This document shows positions 20,146 through 29,459 of a stretch of 55,509 nucleotides of DNA, one piece after another. The notes beneath the pieces are model-generated. The model was not told the origin of the DNA. It did no database searches and saw only the letters and a program-made list of their open reading frames with translations. This DNA comes from a virus (taxonomy: Duplodnaviria; Caudoviricetes). The position numbers and the translations under genes were made by a program. Position 1 is the stretch's first letter. Every line of letters starts with the position of its first letter. The stretch spans positions 1 through 55,509 of IMG/VR virus record IMGVR_UViG_3300046413_000510. The stretch is one strand, 5' to 3'.

Positions 20146-22785
20146 CTATGGCGTTGTGTCATCAAACGTAGCCGTTGTTTGGCTGAAGTTAGTTATAGTG
20201 TTAGAAAAGTCGTTTTTATTTGTTCCAATCGTAGCAGGAATAGCAAAATTAGATTTTAAATTTCTACCGTCTGCTGTTGAGGTTGCAATAAAAATAGCTG
20301 GTTGACCATCTAAACCTGTTTTAGTACCAATGATTTTTATATCATTAAACGTCTGAAAGTTAAATCCTGCACCGCTGTATATACTTTGAATATGTTTATT
20401 TAAAAAAGTATATCTTGGTCCTGCGTATGCGTGGCCTGATTTAACAAGAAACGTACCATTTTTACCTGCTATTAATCTTCTTACTCTACTTAAATAATCT
20501 ATTTCTAATGGTGGTGTTCTTAAAGTTAAATCTCTAGTACCTGAAGTGAAATGGTCGTGAGTTTGTGTGTCGTTATCTATTTGTCCACTTGTATGTGCAT
20601 TTGGTCTTAATGAAGTACCATCTGAAGCAGTACCTAATCTTCTACCAAAAATAGTAGAGAATAGAGTATTGAGAATTGACATCAATGGACTATCAGATAC
20701 ACCTGAAATAGAACCAGTAATTGGTGATTGTGTTTTAGCATTTAATCTAGTAGCAACGTTTACTTGACCTGTAAAATAAAAACCTGAAGTGTGCATAGTT
20801 TTTTTGAAACTATCTCTCCAAGCATTAATAGATTGACCAACTTTAATTACATAAGAAAAATCTTGATAATACAAACTATCTTGAATCTTCATTGTACTTT
20901 CTGAAAGTTTACCATCTTCATTAATAAACGCACCATCTGTATCGGTAACTGGTACAACATTTACTGAAGCAGTTGCTATATTAATTTTTTTGAACTTACA
21001 AGTACCACCTGTTGAAGAAGTTATAGTATCATTTAAAGAAAAACTACCTGATATATCTTTTAATTTTAAAATACCTCTATTTACATCTATACTAACAATT
21101 GTTGCCGAAGCACTTCCTGAACTTGTAATAGTTGTATTCGGATTAAAAGTACCTGAAATATTTGTGACTAAAAGATTTTGAAGAAAACTTAATGTAGGTG
21201 CTGGTGAAGTTTCGTATTTTTTACCGTGTTCAACGGTTCTTAATCCATCAATTTTTCCTATTTGATTACCAAATGCTTTTAAATTACCATTTGTTCCACC
21301 TGAAGTGTTAATAGATAAAATAGGAGTATCTTTATATCCGCCACCTGAATTAGATATGAATATTTTTGTTATCTCACCTGTTGTTGTATCTGCTGAACCA
21401 GGAAAACCAGGCACAGCCGGTGAAGTTGTTGCAAATTCTTGAACAATATTATTACCAGAATATGCGTCACCTGAAGTTGTTTCATCTTCAAGTAAAATAT
21501 TATCTTCGGTACCATTTGCTGGAGCTTTACTACCGTTTTGGTCAACAAGACTACCGGTAACTATACTTACAAAACCTTGAGCATTAGAACCAAAAGTACC
21601 TGTGTTATCAAAACTAATTGTATCGCCGATAGCATAACCCGAACCTGAATTGTCAATTATAATTTCTTCTACTGAACCTGTACCAATGTCTGATATTTGA
21701 AATAAAGCACCTACACCACCACCTGAAACTTTTACATCATCTTCTAATTTATATAATGCACCTGAATTTGTAATTGTTTTTGTTCCAGGAATACCTGTAA
21801 TATCTGCCTTAATAAAATAATCATCTATATCTGAAGCAGTACCAGAAACTTCTTCACCAACATTAAAAGTACCTACAACACTTTGTTGATTTAAAATTAA
21901 TTCTGTAATAGTGTCATCACCAATTTGAAATCTAGCTAAGTTTTCAATAACAGCAGTTGCACCAGAATTTTTACCTGTAATTGTTCTACCAATAAGACCT
22001 TCGGTATTTCCTACTCTTTCAATAATTCTTAATATTTTTAAAGAGTCATATTGACCATCTGAAGTCTTTAATAGTTGTTCTCTAGGATAAATTGTTTCTG
22101 ATTGTTCATTAAATAATAATCTAAAAAATAATTCGTGACCAGCAGCAGTACCTTTTGCTTTATATAATGATTTAACGTTTTTAATTAAGTTTCTTTTGTT
22201 AACTTCATTATCTAAAACTTCTGGTATAGTTGCTAAGAATTCATTTCTAAAATTACTTAAAAATGATTCAATTGCTTTATCGGGGTCTCTAAAGTTTACA
22301 AGGTCAGAAATGTTTTGAACAGGTTGTGGTCTGTAATTAGTTATTGTTGCTGAAGCTGAAGATAATACACCTTCAACAATTTCACCACTTATAAATTTAT
22401 CTTGAGCTGAAATTATTAATCTATTGTTTGCTAAATCTTCCGATAATACAAATGCTTTTGCGCCAGACGTTCTACCTTGTATTTCTTCACCAAAAGTAAA
22501 TTTACCATAAGCAGTTTCTTCTAATAGAATTTTGTCGCCTTCATTTAATGGCGTACTAGAACTACCAATACCAGTAGAGTTAAAAACAATATTATTTTCT
22601 TGACCTGTTTCCGTTTCAATTAAAACACCAACGGTGTTTTGAACATCTTTAACTTTTAATTCAGCAGATTCTAATAATTGATAATAGGTTTTTAAAAATT
22701 CGGCAAATTTAGGGTGGTCAGCTACTACAAATTCTGGTAGTTGGCTGTTAAGTATCGTTGAGATTTTTTCATTGAACTTTGCCAT
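20146..22785 (-). CDS. gp7: Baseplate wedge initiator (gp7-like)
   Basis: QLPEFV..DHPKF.EFLKTYYQ, LY.AKGT, IQDSLYYQDFSYVIK, MHTSGF. Follows gp6. Confidence 0.7.
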   Translation of the reverse strand: MAKFNEKISTILNSQLPEFVVADHPKFAEFLKTYYQLLESAELKVKDVQNTVGVLIETETGQENNIVFNSTGIGSSSTPLNEGDKILLEETAYGKFTFGEEIQGRTSGAKAFVLSEDLANNRLIISAQDKFISGEIVEGVLSSASATITNYRPQPVQNISDLVNFRDPDKAIESFLSNFRNEFLATIPEVLDNEVNKRNLIKNVKSLYKAKGTAAGHELFFRLLFNEQSETIYPREQLLKTSDGQYDSLKILRIIERVGNTEGLIGRTITGKNSGATAVIENLARFQIGDDTITELILNQQSVVGTFNVGEEVSGTASDIDDYFIKADITGIPGTKTITNSGALYKLEDDVKVSGGGVGALFQISDIGTGSVEEIIIDNSGSGYAIGDTISFDNTGTFGSNAQGFVSIVTGSLVDQNGSKAPANGTEDNILLEDETTSGDAYSGNNIVQEFATTSPAVPGFPGSADTTTGEITKIFISNSGGGYKDTPILSINTSGGTNGNLKAFGNQIGKIDGLRTVEHGKKYETSPAPTLSFLQNLLVTNISGTFNPNTTITSSGSASATIVSIDVNRGILKLKDISGSFSLNDTITSSTGGTCKFKKINIATASVNVVPVTDTDGAFINEDGKLSESTMKIQDSLYYQDFSYVIKVGQSINAWRDSFKKTMHTSGFYFTGQVNVATRLNAKTQSPITGSISGVSDSPLMSILNTLFSTIFGRRLGTASDGTSLRPNAHTSGQIDNDTQTHDHFTSGTRDLTLRTPPLEIDYLSRVRRLIAGKNGTFLVKSGHAYAGPRYTFLNKHIQSIYSGAGFNFQTFNDIKIIGTKTGLDGQPAIFIATSTADGRNLKSNFAIPATIGTNKNDFSNTITNFSQTTATFDDTTP

Positions 22786-22791
22786 TTATCA

Positions 22792-24645
22792 TTAATAACT
22801 TGAGCTAGTTGAGTAACCGACACCTGCCTCGGCAGAACCACCAACAAAAGTATCCTCTTCTACAATAACGATTGAGTTTGATACATCTATTTCAACAATT
22901 TGGTCTCTAACAGGAACAACATCATTAGAAGACGGTTGTACCGTAATTTCAATTATTGTTGAGGAAGCTCCTCTTATATTTGATATTGAAGCAACGTTTA
23001 ATAGGTTTAAAGTTACCTGACCATTTGTATAATTAATTGTACCTTGCGTACTATCTGCATATGTTTTGACACCTGATACAAGATAATATCTTCTTACATT
23101 TCCATTACCGTCATCATCTAAAAACATTTCGTTATTGTCACCAGATACTTTAAATCCAGTTGAACTTAAAATACCACCAGCGGCTGTGTTATGTCCTGAA
23201 TGAGGATTATATAATGCATTTCTAAAATAAACATCATATTTCGTAGCAGAATTAATTACAGGTGTTAAACTTTTTCTTATTTTGATAGTTGTTGTGTTTG
23301 ATAAAATACTTGCGTCTGTATCATCAATTAATCCTGTTATTTTTGAATGTCTGTAAACACCATCAAATTTTTGTAATGATGATGTATTATAATTTGTAAT
23401 AGTAGATATAATATCTGATTTTAAAGTATCTTTAGATTTTGTTGTGCTGTTTGCATTATACTTAATATTAGAAGTTAGTAAAACTGAAGTTGTTTCGGGG
23501 TCAACTATTTCAGGTTTAACTGAAGCGACATTGTAAGGTTTCAAACCGTTTACAATATCTAATTTTGTTTGGTCTGTTAATGTTGAACCTGAACCTGCTT
23601 TAATAGCAATCTTAACAATACCATATCTTGGCGTTTCATCATCTTCACCACCCCAAGCACTAACAGATAATGCATTAGGATAAATTTGTTGTACAAGTGT
23701 TTCATAATCAGTTGTTGTAACCGCTCTGTCTTGAGCAACAAAATTTAAAGGCGCATTAAATTTAACTGATTCATTATCTTCAGCTTCTGAGCCGCCTTGC
23801 GATACTGAATTAGTTGTAATAGAAACGTCTGTAAATCCACCAACACTTCCTTGTAAAGTAAAATTTTTAGCACCGTTTGAATCTGTTTTATTGGTAACAA
23901 TATATTCTAATATAACAATATTACCATCTACTAATTTATTTCCTGTGACACCATCACCAAAATAAACTTGAAATTTGCCGTCACTACCTTCTTGAATAAA
24001 ATAAACTTTAGAATCTGCTTTTACACCTGAATACCCACTTGATAATGAATATGTGTTTGAAGTCGTATCTGTAGCAGAATTTTGAACCGTAATTTTTAAA
24101 GTTGAAGTATCTGCATTAGCACTTGGTATAATAAATCTTTGGTCAACATCTGTTTCATCTACGGTGTATTTAAATTTAACTAAAGTACCTTCGTATAAAG
24201 TCACATCTGAAAAAGTATAAACACCGTTAGCAGGTGTTGTTGTAATATCTTCGTTAGTTATATATTGATAAGTTGAATCACTAACGGATGAATTAAATAC
24301 CGTTCCTTTTGCCATAGTTATAGATGTACCTGTTCCGTTATTAACAACTAAATTAATTGACGCTTTCGGTGCTCTTGGTGAACTAGGTGTATAACCTAAC
24401 ATTTTTGCTAATGATACAATATTGTTTCTAATATCGGCACTATCAAGATATAATTCATTTGTTGCCATATTAGCTAAGTAAGCCATATAGTGAGTGTTGT
24501 AAGATAAAATATCTAAAAGAATTGCTAGTGATGAACCTTCAAAATCATAATCTTGAAATTGTGATTGACTTTGTAAGAATGTTTTTAGATTTCTTTTTAT
24601 ATCATTAAAATCTAAATCTGAAACTATTAACTTGCTATTTGCCAT
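22792..24645 (-). CDS. gp6: Baseplate wedge protein gp6
   Basis: LDFNDIKRNLK, FQDYDFEGS, LSYNTHY, NELYLDSA, QDRAVTTTDY, WGGED. Confidence 0.95.
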   Translation of the reverse strand: MANSKLIVSDLDFNDIKRNLKTFLQSQSQFQDYDFEGSSLAILLDILSYNTHYMAYLANMATNELYLDSADIRNNIVSLAKMLGYTPSSPRAPKASINLVVNNGTGTSITMAKGTVFNSSVSDSTYQYITNEDITTTPANGVYTFSDVTLYEGTLVKFKYTVDETDVDQRFIIPSANADTSTLKITVQNSATDTTSNTYSLSSGYSGVKADSKVYFIQEGSDGKFQVYFGDGVTGNKLVDGNIVILEYIVTNKTDSNGAKNFTLQGSVGGFTDVSITTNSVSQGGSEAEDNESVKFNAPLNFVAQDRAVTTTDYETLVQQIYPNALSVSAWGGEDDETPRYGIVKIAIKAGSGSTLTDQTKLDIVNGLKPYNVASVKPEIVDPETTSVLLTSNIKYNANSTTKSKDTLKSDIISTITNYNTSSLQKFDGVYRHSKITGLIDDTDASILSNTTTIKIRKSLTPVINSATKYDVYFRNALYNPHSGHNTAAGGILSSTGFKVSGDNNEMFLDDDGNGNVRRYYLVSGVKTYADSTQGTINYTNGQVTLNLLNVASISNIRGASSTIIEITVQPSSNDVVPVRDQIVEIDVSNSIVIVEEDTFVGGSAEAGVGYSTSSSY

Positions 24646-24646
24646 T

Positions 24647-25072
24647 TTATCTTAGCCTTTGTAAAAACGTCTGTACCGTTTGTGGCTCTGGTACGCCTAC
24701 TACATAAAAGTAAATATCAACAACTAATCTATTACTATCTTGGTCATCATCTACTTTAACACTTTGTAAATTTATTCTTGGTTCGTAATTTTCTAATACT
24801 TCAGTAATTTTATTTTGTAAAAATACTTTAGTCATTGGCGTAAAATTTTCAAATAATAATTCTCTAATACCACATCCTAATTCTGGTTGAAATGGTCTTT
24901 CATAATAACCAGTTTGTACTAAATTTTTTACTGCTCTTTTAACTGCTATAACATCTTCAACTCTTAATACATCACTAGTAACCACGTTTCTAGTGAAATC
25001 AATATCAATATCACTAAACTTTCGTGAATTACGGTTAGATTTACTTACTAATGCTGAGTCGTATTGTGCCAT
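24647..25072 (-). CDS. gp25: Baseplate wedge protein gp25
   Basis: FSDIDIDF, ERPFQPELG, LENYEPRI. Confidence 0.95.
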   Translation of the reverse strand: MAQYDSALVSKSNRNSRKFSDIDIDFTRNVVTSDVLRVEDVIAVKRAVKNLVQTGYYERPFQPELGCGIRELLFENFTPMTKVFLQNKITEVLENYEPRINLQSVKVDDDQDSNRLVVDIYFYVVGVPEPQTVQTFLQRLR

Positions 25073-25080
25073 ATCGCTAA

Positions 25081-25088
25081 TATTTATA
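25081..25088 (-). promoter_or_regulatory. T4-type late promoter (gp25)
   Basis: TATAAATA 8 nt upstream of the ATG. Confidence 0.75.
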
Positions 25089-25096
25089 TACTTTTA

Positions 25097-25399
25097 CTAG
25101 CCGTTTGCAAAAACATTTGGCGAACCACCTGTCATAGCACCTGCGTCTGTACTATCACCAATTCTACCAACTTTTATACCTACAACATACACATTTGGCG
25201 AAGCTGCATTTATAACTTTAACGTGAGCTGGACATACTGGTACTGGTGGCGCTATATGTGCTACGGTTGGGTCGCCTTTTCTTGCAACTAAAATATTGTT
25301 TGCAAAAACCGTTCCTTGTCCGGGTGTATTAAGTGTAGTTGTTCCTACACAAGCGTGACCTGTTGATAAAGGGTCGCCTTTTCTTACTACTGCTGGCAT
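25097..25399 (-). CDS. PAAR spike-tip protein (gp5.4-like)
   Basis: PAVVRKGD, VARKGD and VGRIGD repeats, His residues, GSPNVFANG. Confidence 0.9.
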   Translation of the reverse strand: MPAVVRKGDPLSTGHACVGTTTLNTPGQGTVFANNILVARKGDPTVAHIAPPVPVCPAHVKVINAASPNVYVVGIKVGRIGDSTDAGAMTGGSPNVFANG

Positions 25400-25650
25400 T
25401 ATCTCTCTCTTGCTGCTTTTAGTGCTAATCTACGTTTTTCTTGTTCTATTGATTGTCTTAATTTTCTACCTATCGGAATTATTATACTATGACACATTTG
25501 TTTTCCTTTTTTACTAATATATTCAACGGAAATCATTTTATCTTTATAATCGCCTTGTACCGACCTTGTAGCTTTCTTTAAACTTATCGCTTCTTTTTCT
25601 TTTTCTTCGCCTGCTTCATTCCAAAACAGGAATTTTCTCATTTTTGGCAT
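25399..25650 (-). CDS. Hypothetical basic protein
   Basis: 83-aa ORF with SD AAGGA and a late promoter upstream. TAATG-coupled to the PAAR gene. Confidence 0.7.
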   Translation of the reverse strand: MPKMRKFLFWNEAGEEKEKEAISLKKATRSVQGDYKDKMISVEYISKKGKQMCHSIIIPIGRKLRQSIEQEKRRLALKAARER

Positions 25651-25676
25651 AAATTCCTTTTTTTATTGCTTTTTTA

Positions 25677-25684
25677 TATTTATA
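25677..25684 (-). promoter_or_regulatory. T4-type late promoter
   Basis: TATAAATA upstream of 25650. Confidence 0.7.
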
Positions 25685-25888
25685 TTAAAAATTACAGCGT
25701 GATTTTGCTAGGATTTGCTCAATCTGAACTATGCCATCCAACGATTCGCTAAGTGATTCGCTTTTTAAGTCAAATTCCGGCCGAAATTCGCAATTTTCTT
25801 GATATTTTGAGCATCCGGACGCTAAAAAGAACAAAGATAGAACAAAAAAAATTAAAAAGCGTTGATTTATAAGGGTTTTTTTATGCAT
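25685..25888 (-). CDS. Possible small lipoprotein (67 aa)
   Basis: MHKKTLINQRFLIFFVLSLFFLASGC: basic N-terminus, hydrophobic core, lipobox-like Cys. Overlaps the regulatory region of the divergent promoter. Confidence 0.35.
   Translation of the reverse strand: MHKKTLINQRFLIFFVLSLFFLASGCSKYQENCEFRPEFDLKSESLSESLDGIVQIEQILAKSRCNF
25829..25843. promoter_or_regulatory. GAAC-N7-GAAC direct repeat (alphaproteobacterial LexA-box consensus)
   Basis: GAACaaagataGAAC, 72 nt upstream of the -35 at 25916. Confidence 0.55.
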
Positions 25889-25915
25889 TTTTTTGAAAAT
25901 AATTGAAAATAGTGC

Positions 25916-25944
25916 TTGCTTTCTATATTTAGTTGTGGTATACT
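25916..25944 (+). promoter_or_regulatory. sigma70-type early promoter
   Basis: TTGCTT-N17-TATACT with extended TG and upstream A/T tracts. Confidence 0.8.
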
Positions 25945-25976
25945 GGTTATAGAAAATGAGAAAGGACATAAACACT

Positions 25977-26165
25977 ATGAAAACACTAATTTCAACAACT
26001 TTAATAGCTCTTGGTATTGCTATGATGGCTGGTTCTGCTGGCGATTGTGACGGAAAATGTATGGAGCTTGGAAACACTATCGGTGAAATGCTGATGTACG
26101 CTTTAGGCGGTATGGCAATGATGATTGCCGGTGGATATATTGCAATTTTAGATAATAACAAATAA
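25977..26165 (+). CDS. Small two-TM membrane protein (early)
   Basis: SD AAAGGA. Two hydrophobic segments around GDCDGKC. Confidence 0.75.
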   Translation: MKTLISTTLIALGIAMMAGSAGDCDGKCMELGNTIGEMLMYALGGMAMMIAGGYIAILDNNK

Positions 26166-26179
26166 GGAAGGACTACACT

Positions 26180-26542
26180 ATGACAATCGTAAATCAAACT
26201 GCCGATACACTAGAACAAGGCGTAAAAAATTTAATGGCAGGCGCTAAAGCTGACTATGTTAAATGGTCAACAATGGGCGGTAAAGAATTAACTGGCTATT
26301 GTAAAGAACAAGTTGAGAAATGGGATAGTAATACTAAAGTTTCTCAAGGAAAAAAATATATTAAAATCGTACAAGAAAACGGCGTATTTTGTTTTATTTG
26401 TAAAACTGATTTTAAACATTTTAAGAAAGGTGATATATTGAAAGCCGCTGGTTACAATGCACCTGCTCTTAATCAACCTAGAGGAAATGTCTTGACAGGT
26501 AATTACCCTATTCAATGGACTGGTCCTCTTTACTTAAAATAG
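26180..26542 (+). CDS. Conserved T4-like early hypothetical protein
   Basis: GKKYIKIV...FKKGDILKAAGYNAPALNQPRGNVL...WTGPLYL pattern, strong SD. Confidence 0.85.
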   Translation: MTIVNQTADTLEQGVKNLMAGAKADYVKWSTMGGKELTGYCKEQVEKWDSNTKVSQGKKYIKIVQENGVFCFICKTDFKHFKKGDILKAAGYNAPALNQPRGNVLTGNYPIQWTGPLYLK

Positions 26543-26550
26543 GATACACT

Positions 26551-26823
26551 ATGAATAAATTACCTAATGATAGACGAAGAAAAGTTTTTGAAAGAGTTGT
26601 TAATCCTCTCTTATTAAAATACTTAACATCTAATCCTGCTGATGTTTGTATAGCGGCTAATATACCTATCAAATATCTGCCTTACTTCAAAGAAGTTTCT
26701 GCTTCAAGGAGAGCAAAAAAGATTAGATATAGATATAGAGGCACATCAAAACCTGGTTATAAAAGACCTCAATCTTTTTGTCATATGAATCACGCCGATA
26801 CTTTTGCCATTTATTACAGATAA
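26551..26823 (+). CDS. Hypothetical basic protein (early)
   Basis: SD TAGGA, ATG at 26551, RYRYRG motif. Confidence 0.75.
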   Translation: MNKLPNDRRRKVFERVVNPLLLKYLTSNPADVCIAANIPIKYLPYFKEVSASRRAKKIRYRYRGTSKPGYKRPQSFCHMNHADTFAIYYR

Positions 26824-26826
26824 GGC

Positions 26827-26855
26827 TTGACAATCAATTAAAACACCTGCATAAT
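26827..26855 (+). promoter_or_regulatory. sigma70 promoter of tRNA-Arg
   Basis: TTGACA-N17-CATAAT, ending 7 nt before the tRNA 5' end. Confidence 0.8.
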
Positions 26856-26862
26856 ACACAAA

Positions 26863-26940
26863 CTGCTCGTAGCTCAGTTGGATTAGAGCAACAGCCTTCT
26901 AAGCTGTGGGTCGTAGGTTCGAGTCCTACCGAGCAGGCCA
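26863..26940 (+). tRNA. tRNA-Arg(TCT)
   Basis: Acceptor CTGCTCG/CGAGCAG + G-CCA. D arm GCTC/GAGC. Anticodon arm ACAGC-CT-TCT-AA-GCTGT. T arm GTAGG-TTCGAGT-CCTAC. Confidence 0.97.
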
Positions 26941-27054
26941 ACTTTTACAGGAGATTACAATGTAAAGGATTCTCTCAAAGGAGGATAACTAACAATTAAA
27001 GGAGATACAAAGCAGTAGTACGTAAGTCGTTAATCGTGGTCAGTAAGTCTTTGG

Positions 27055-27082
27055 AAAGGGGGAATTGCATCCCTCTTTTTTT
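27055..27082 (+). terminator. Rho-independent terminator
   Basis: AAAGGGGGA-attgca-TCCCTCTTT stem followed by a T run, at a convergent boundary. Confidence 0.7.
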
Positions 27083-27179
27083 ATATAATATCAAAAGTAC
27101 CTAATATCATACAAACTAAAACATAACACATATAACCTAGTATTAAATAGCCTGCAATTTTTTCGTACCAACTAAACAT
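27081..27179 (-). CDS. 32-aa single-TM peptide (not in ORF track)
   Basis: MFSWYEKIAGYLILGYMCYVLVCMILGTFDII*. The ATG directly follows the iscA stop. Confidence 0.55.
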   Translation of the reverse strand: MFSWYEKIAGYLILGYMCYVLVCMILGTFDII

Positions 27180-27488
27180 CTATATTGCAAAAGAAGTACC
27201 ACAACCACAAGAACTTGTAGCCTTTGGATTATTAAATTTAAACATAGATTCAAAATCATCATAACTATAATCTAATTCCATACCTAGTAAATATAATTCA
27301 TAATCTCTACTAACTAAAAGTATGTTATCAACTATTACATCATTACGTTGTTCTTCTTCAGCAAAACTCCAATGATAATTAAAACCGGCACAACCACCAC
27401 CTTTAATATCAAGTCTAACATATTTGTTATCGTTCTTCTTACTTAACTCTGTTAATCTTTTATATGCGTTGTCTGATAACTTAATCAT
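27180..27488 (-). CDS. iscA: A-type Fe-S cluster carrier (IscA/HesB family)
   Basis: GGGCAGFNY and [15 protein letters not shown]. Confidence 0.95.
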   Translation of the reverse strand: MIKLSDNAYKRLTELSKKNDNKYVRLDIKGGGCAGFNYHWSFAEEEQRNDVIVDNILLVSRDYELYLLGMELDYSYDDFESMFKFNNPKATSSCGCGTSFAI

Positions 27489-28675
27489 TTTTTACCACAT
27501 CTTCTTATTGCTGATTTAACTTTTAATACCATATCATATATATGTGCGTCTGTATGTAAGGGTGTAGGTGTAAATCTTAATCTTTCTGTGCCTACTGCAA
27601 CCGTAGGATAATTTATTGGTTGTACGTATATGCCTTCTTTGTAAAGTAATTCATCTGATACTGCTTTACATTTTTTTGCCTCACCAATAATAACAGGTAC
27701 AATATGGCTATTGTTTTCTTTTACATTTATACCGTGTCTTTGTAATTCATCTTTTGTAAACTTTGCTCTTTCTTGTAATTTCTCTCTTAACTCTGGATGG
27801 TCTTTTACGTATTTAATACTTGTTAAAGCACCAGCACAAATAACAGGACTTAAACTTGTTGTAAATATAAACGCACTTGCTAAACTTCTTATTGCGTCTA
27901 TGAATATTTTATTACCTGCAATGTAACCACCTTGGACACCAAATGCTTTTGCTAATGTACCATTTATAATATCAACATCTATATTATCTCTTTCACAAAT
28001 ACCAGCACCATACTTACCATACATACCAACTGCGTGAACTTCATCAATATAACTTATTGCATTATACTTTTTACATAAGGCTACTATTTCTTTTACAGGT
28101 GCAATATCACCGTCCATACTATAAACAGATTCAAACACCACACATTTAGGACCAGTATTTGACATTAATATACTTTCTAAATCACCAAGGTCATTATGTT
28201 TAAATATTTCTTTTTTTGCTTTACTATGTCTTATGCCTTGTATAATAGATGAATGATTTTCTGAATCAGATATAAACATAATATCTGGTATTACTTTGGC
28301 CATTGTTTCTAATGTGGTTTGATTTGCATTATAGGCACTTGTAAATAATAATGCACTTTCTTTTTTATGAAGTTTGGCTAACTCTAATTCTAATGCAACG
28401 TGATAATGTGTTGTGCCTGATATATTACGAGTCCCGCCTGCACCTGCGCCTGCCGTCTCTAGCGCCGTCTTCATACTATCAATTACATATGAGTGTTGAC
28501 CCATACCTAGATAATCGTTAGAACACCAATTAATGATTTTTTTAATTGAATACTTTGAATACCATATAGCGTTAGGAAAATCACCCGCTGTACGTAGTAT
28601 ATCATTAAAGACACGATAATTACCATTATCTTTTAATTTATCTATAACATCAGCAAACTTATCTAATTCAATCAT
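27485..28675 (-). CDS. hemA: 5-aminolevulinate synthase (PLP, Shemin/C4 pathway)
   Basis: [54 protein letters not shown] (PLP Lys), [25 protein letters not shown]. Start placed at MIELDK, 5 nt after a TATAAATA. Confidence 0.93.
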   Translation of the reverse strand: MIELDKFADVIDKLKDNGNYRVFNDILRTAGDFPNAIWYSKYSIKKIINWCSNDYLGMGQHSYVIDSMKTALETAGAGAGGTRNISGTTHYHVALELELAKLHKKESALLFTSAYNANQTTLETMAKVIPDIMFISDSENHSSIIQGIRHSKAKKEIFKHNDLGDLESILMSNTGPKCVVFESVYSMDGDIAPVKEIVALCKKYNAISYIDEVHAVGMYGKYGAGICERDNIDVDIINGTLAKAFGVQGGYIAGNKIFIDAIRSLASAFIFTTSLSPVICAGALTSIKYVKDHPELREKLQERAKFTKDELQRHGINVKENNSHIVPVIIGEAKKCKAVSDELLYKEGIYVQPINYPTVAVGTERLRFTPTPLHTDAHIYDMVLKVKSAIRRCGKK

Positions 28676-28680
28676 AGCAA

Positions 28681-28688
28681 TATTTATA
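28681..28688 (-). promoter_or_regulatory. T4-type late promoter (hemA-iscA)
   Basis: TATAAATA 5 nt upstream of the ATG at 28675. Confidence 0.65.
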
Positions 28689-28692
28689 CTAA

Positions 28693-28800
28693 CTAATCTA
28701 TCTTTATAATCGTACAATACATTACAAAATAAAAAACAAAGAAGATTATTATAAGGGTTTTGATTTTACGCCACAGATTAGGTGGTTCTTGTAAATCCAT
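28693..28800 (-). CDS. 35-aa single-TM peptide (not in ORF track)
   Basis: [42 protein letters not shown] late-like box 5 nt upstream. Confidence 0.45.
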   Translation of the reverse strand: MDLQEPPNLWRKIKTLIIIFFVFYFVMYCTIIKID

Positions 28801-28831
28801 TGAGGTATTTAGAGTCCGAAGAATCCGACGG

Positions 28832-29302
28832 CTATCTTAAAAAGAACATATAACCAAGAAACATAAGAAAACCACCAACAAGCATTATTAACATTACTAT
28901 AAGAAAGAACTCTACAATTGCTCTTTTGGCCTCTCTTTGACGATAAACTTCCTGTTCTCTTTGCTTTCTTAACTTACGTCTTAACTCAATCATTTCATTA
29001 TAGACATTATGGCCGTATGTGTACATTATAAGAGTACGTAATTCTTTTTCTTGTTCTTGTATCTTTTGTTTATTAATAGTAATGTCTAACGCCATTTGTT
29101 CTATACTACCTTTTAATAATAGTTTAGATACACCGCCAGCGTTATTTACTTCTCTTTCTGCATAGTTAAAATCTGATACTGCTCCGTACCATTTACTTAA
29201 TTGTTTAGACATAGTATCTAAATCTTGTCCAAACGCTATGCCTTTTTTTATAAGATTAAATGCTGTAGTGGCCGTTGCTACTGCCGTAATAGGGTCTAAC
29301 AT
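28832..29302 (-). CDS. Hypothetical protein with coiled coil and C-terminal TM
   Basis: MLDPITAVATATTAFNLIKKG start type common in phages. SD AAAGGA. Confidence 0.75.
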   Translation of the reverse strand: MLDPITAVATATTAFNLIKKGIAFGQDLDTMSKQLSKWYGAVSDFNYAEREVNNAGGVSKLLLKGSIEQMALDITINKQKIQEQEKELRTLIMYTYGHNVYNEMIELRRKLRKQREQEVYRQREAKRAIVEFFLIVMLIMLVGGFLMFLGYMFFLR

Positions 29303-29459
29303 TGAAAGTCCTTTGAAAGAAGTGTAAGTCACCTCTATTTATGGACAAACTCTTGGAAGTTGTAATTATATCCAGGAAAATTTTTGATAAAAAGTGTACC
29401 TTTGGTACCTAGCTGGTTTCCTGAAGTTTCAACACCACTATGTATAAAATCAGAGTCCT

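Noticed and set aside
9827-21560. Many + strand ORFs opposite structural genes (e.g. 9827, 11761, 14779, 17706, 19672)
   Set aside because: Antisense shadows caused by the codon bias of the real minus-strand genes. They have no SD or motifs.
25889-26197. Upstream two-thirds of the 170-aa minus-strand ORF 25685-26197
   Set aside because: Antisense shadow of the SD-bearing + strand early genes and their promoter.
26778-26999. 73-aa + strand ORF
   Set aside because: It runs through the tRNA promoter and tRNA-Arg, so it is spurious.
28676-28717. 14-codon upstream extension of hemA from a TTG start
   Set aside because: It contains the late promoter and overlaps a small upstream ORF. The HemA-like N-terminus begins at 28675.
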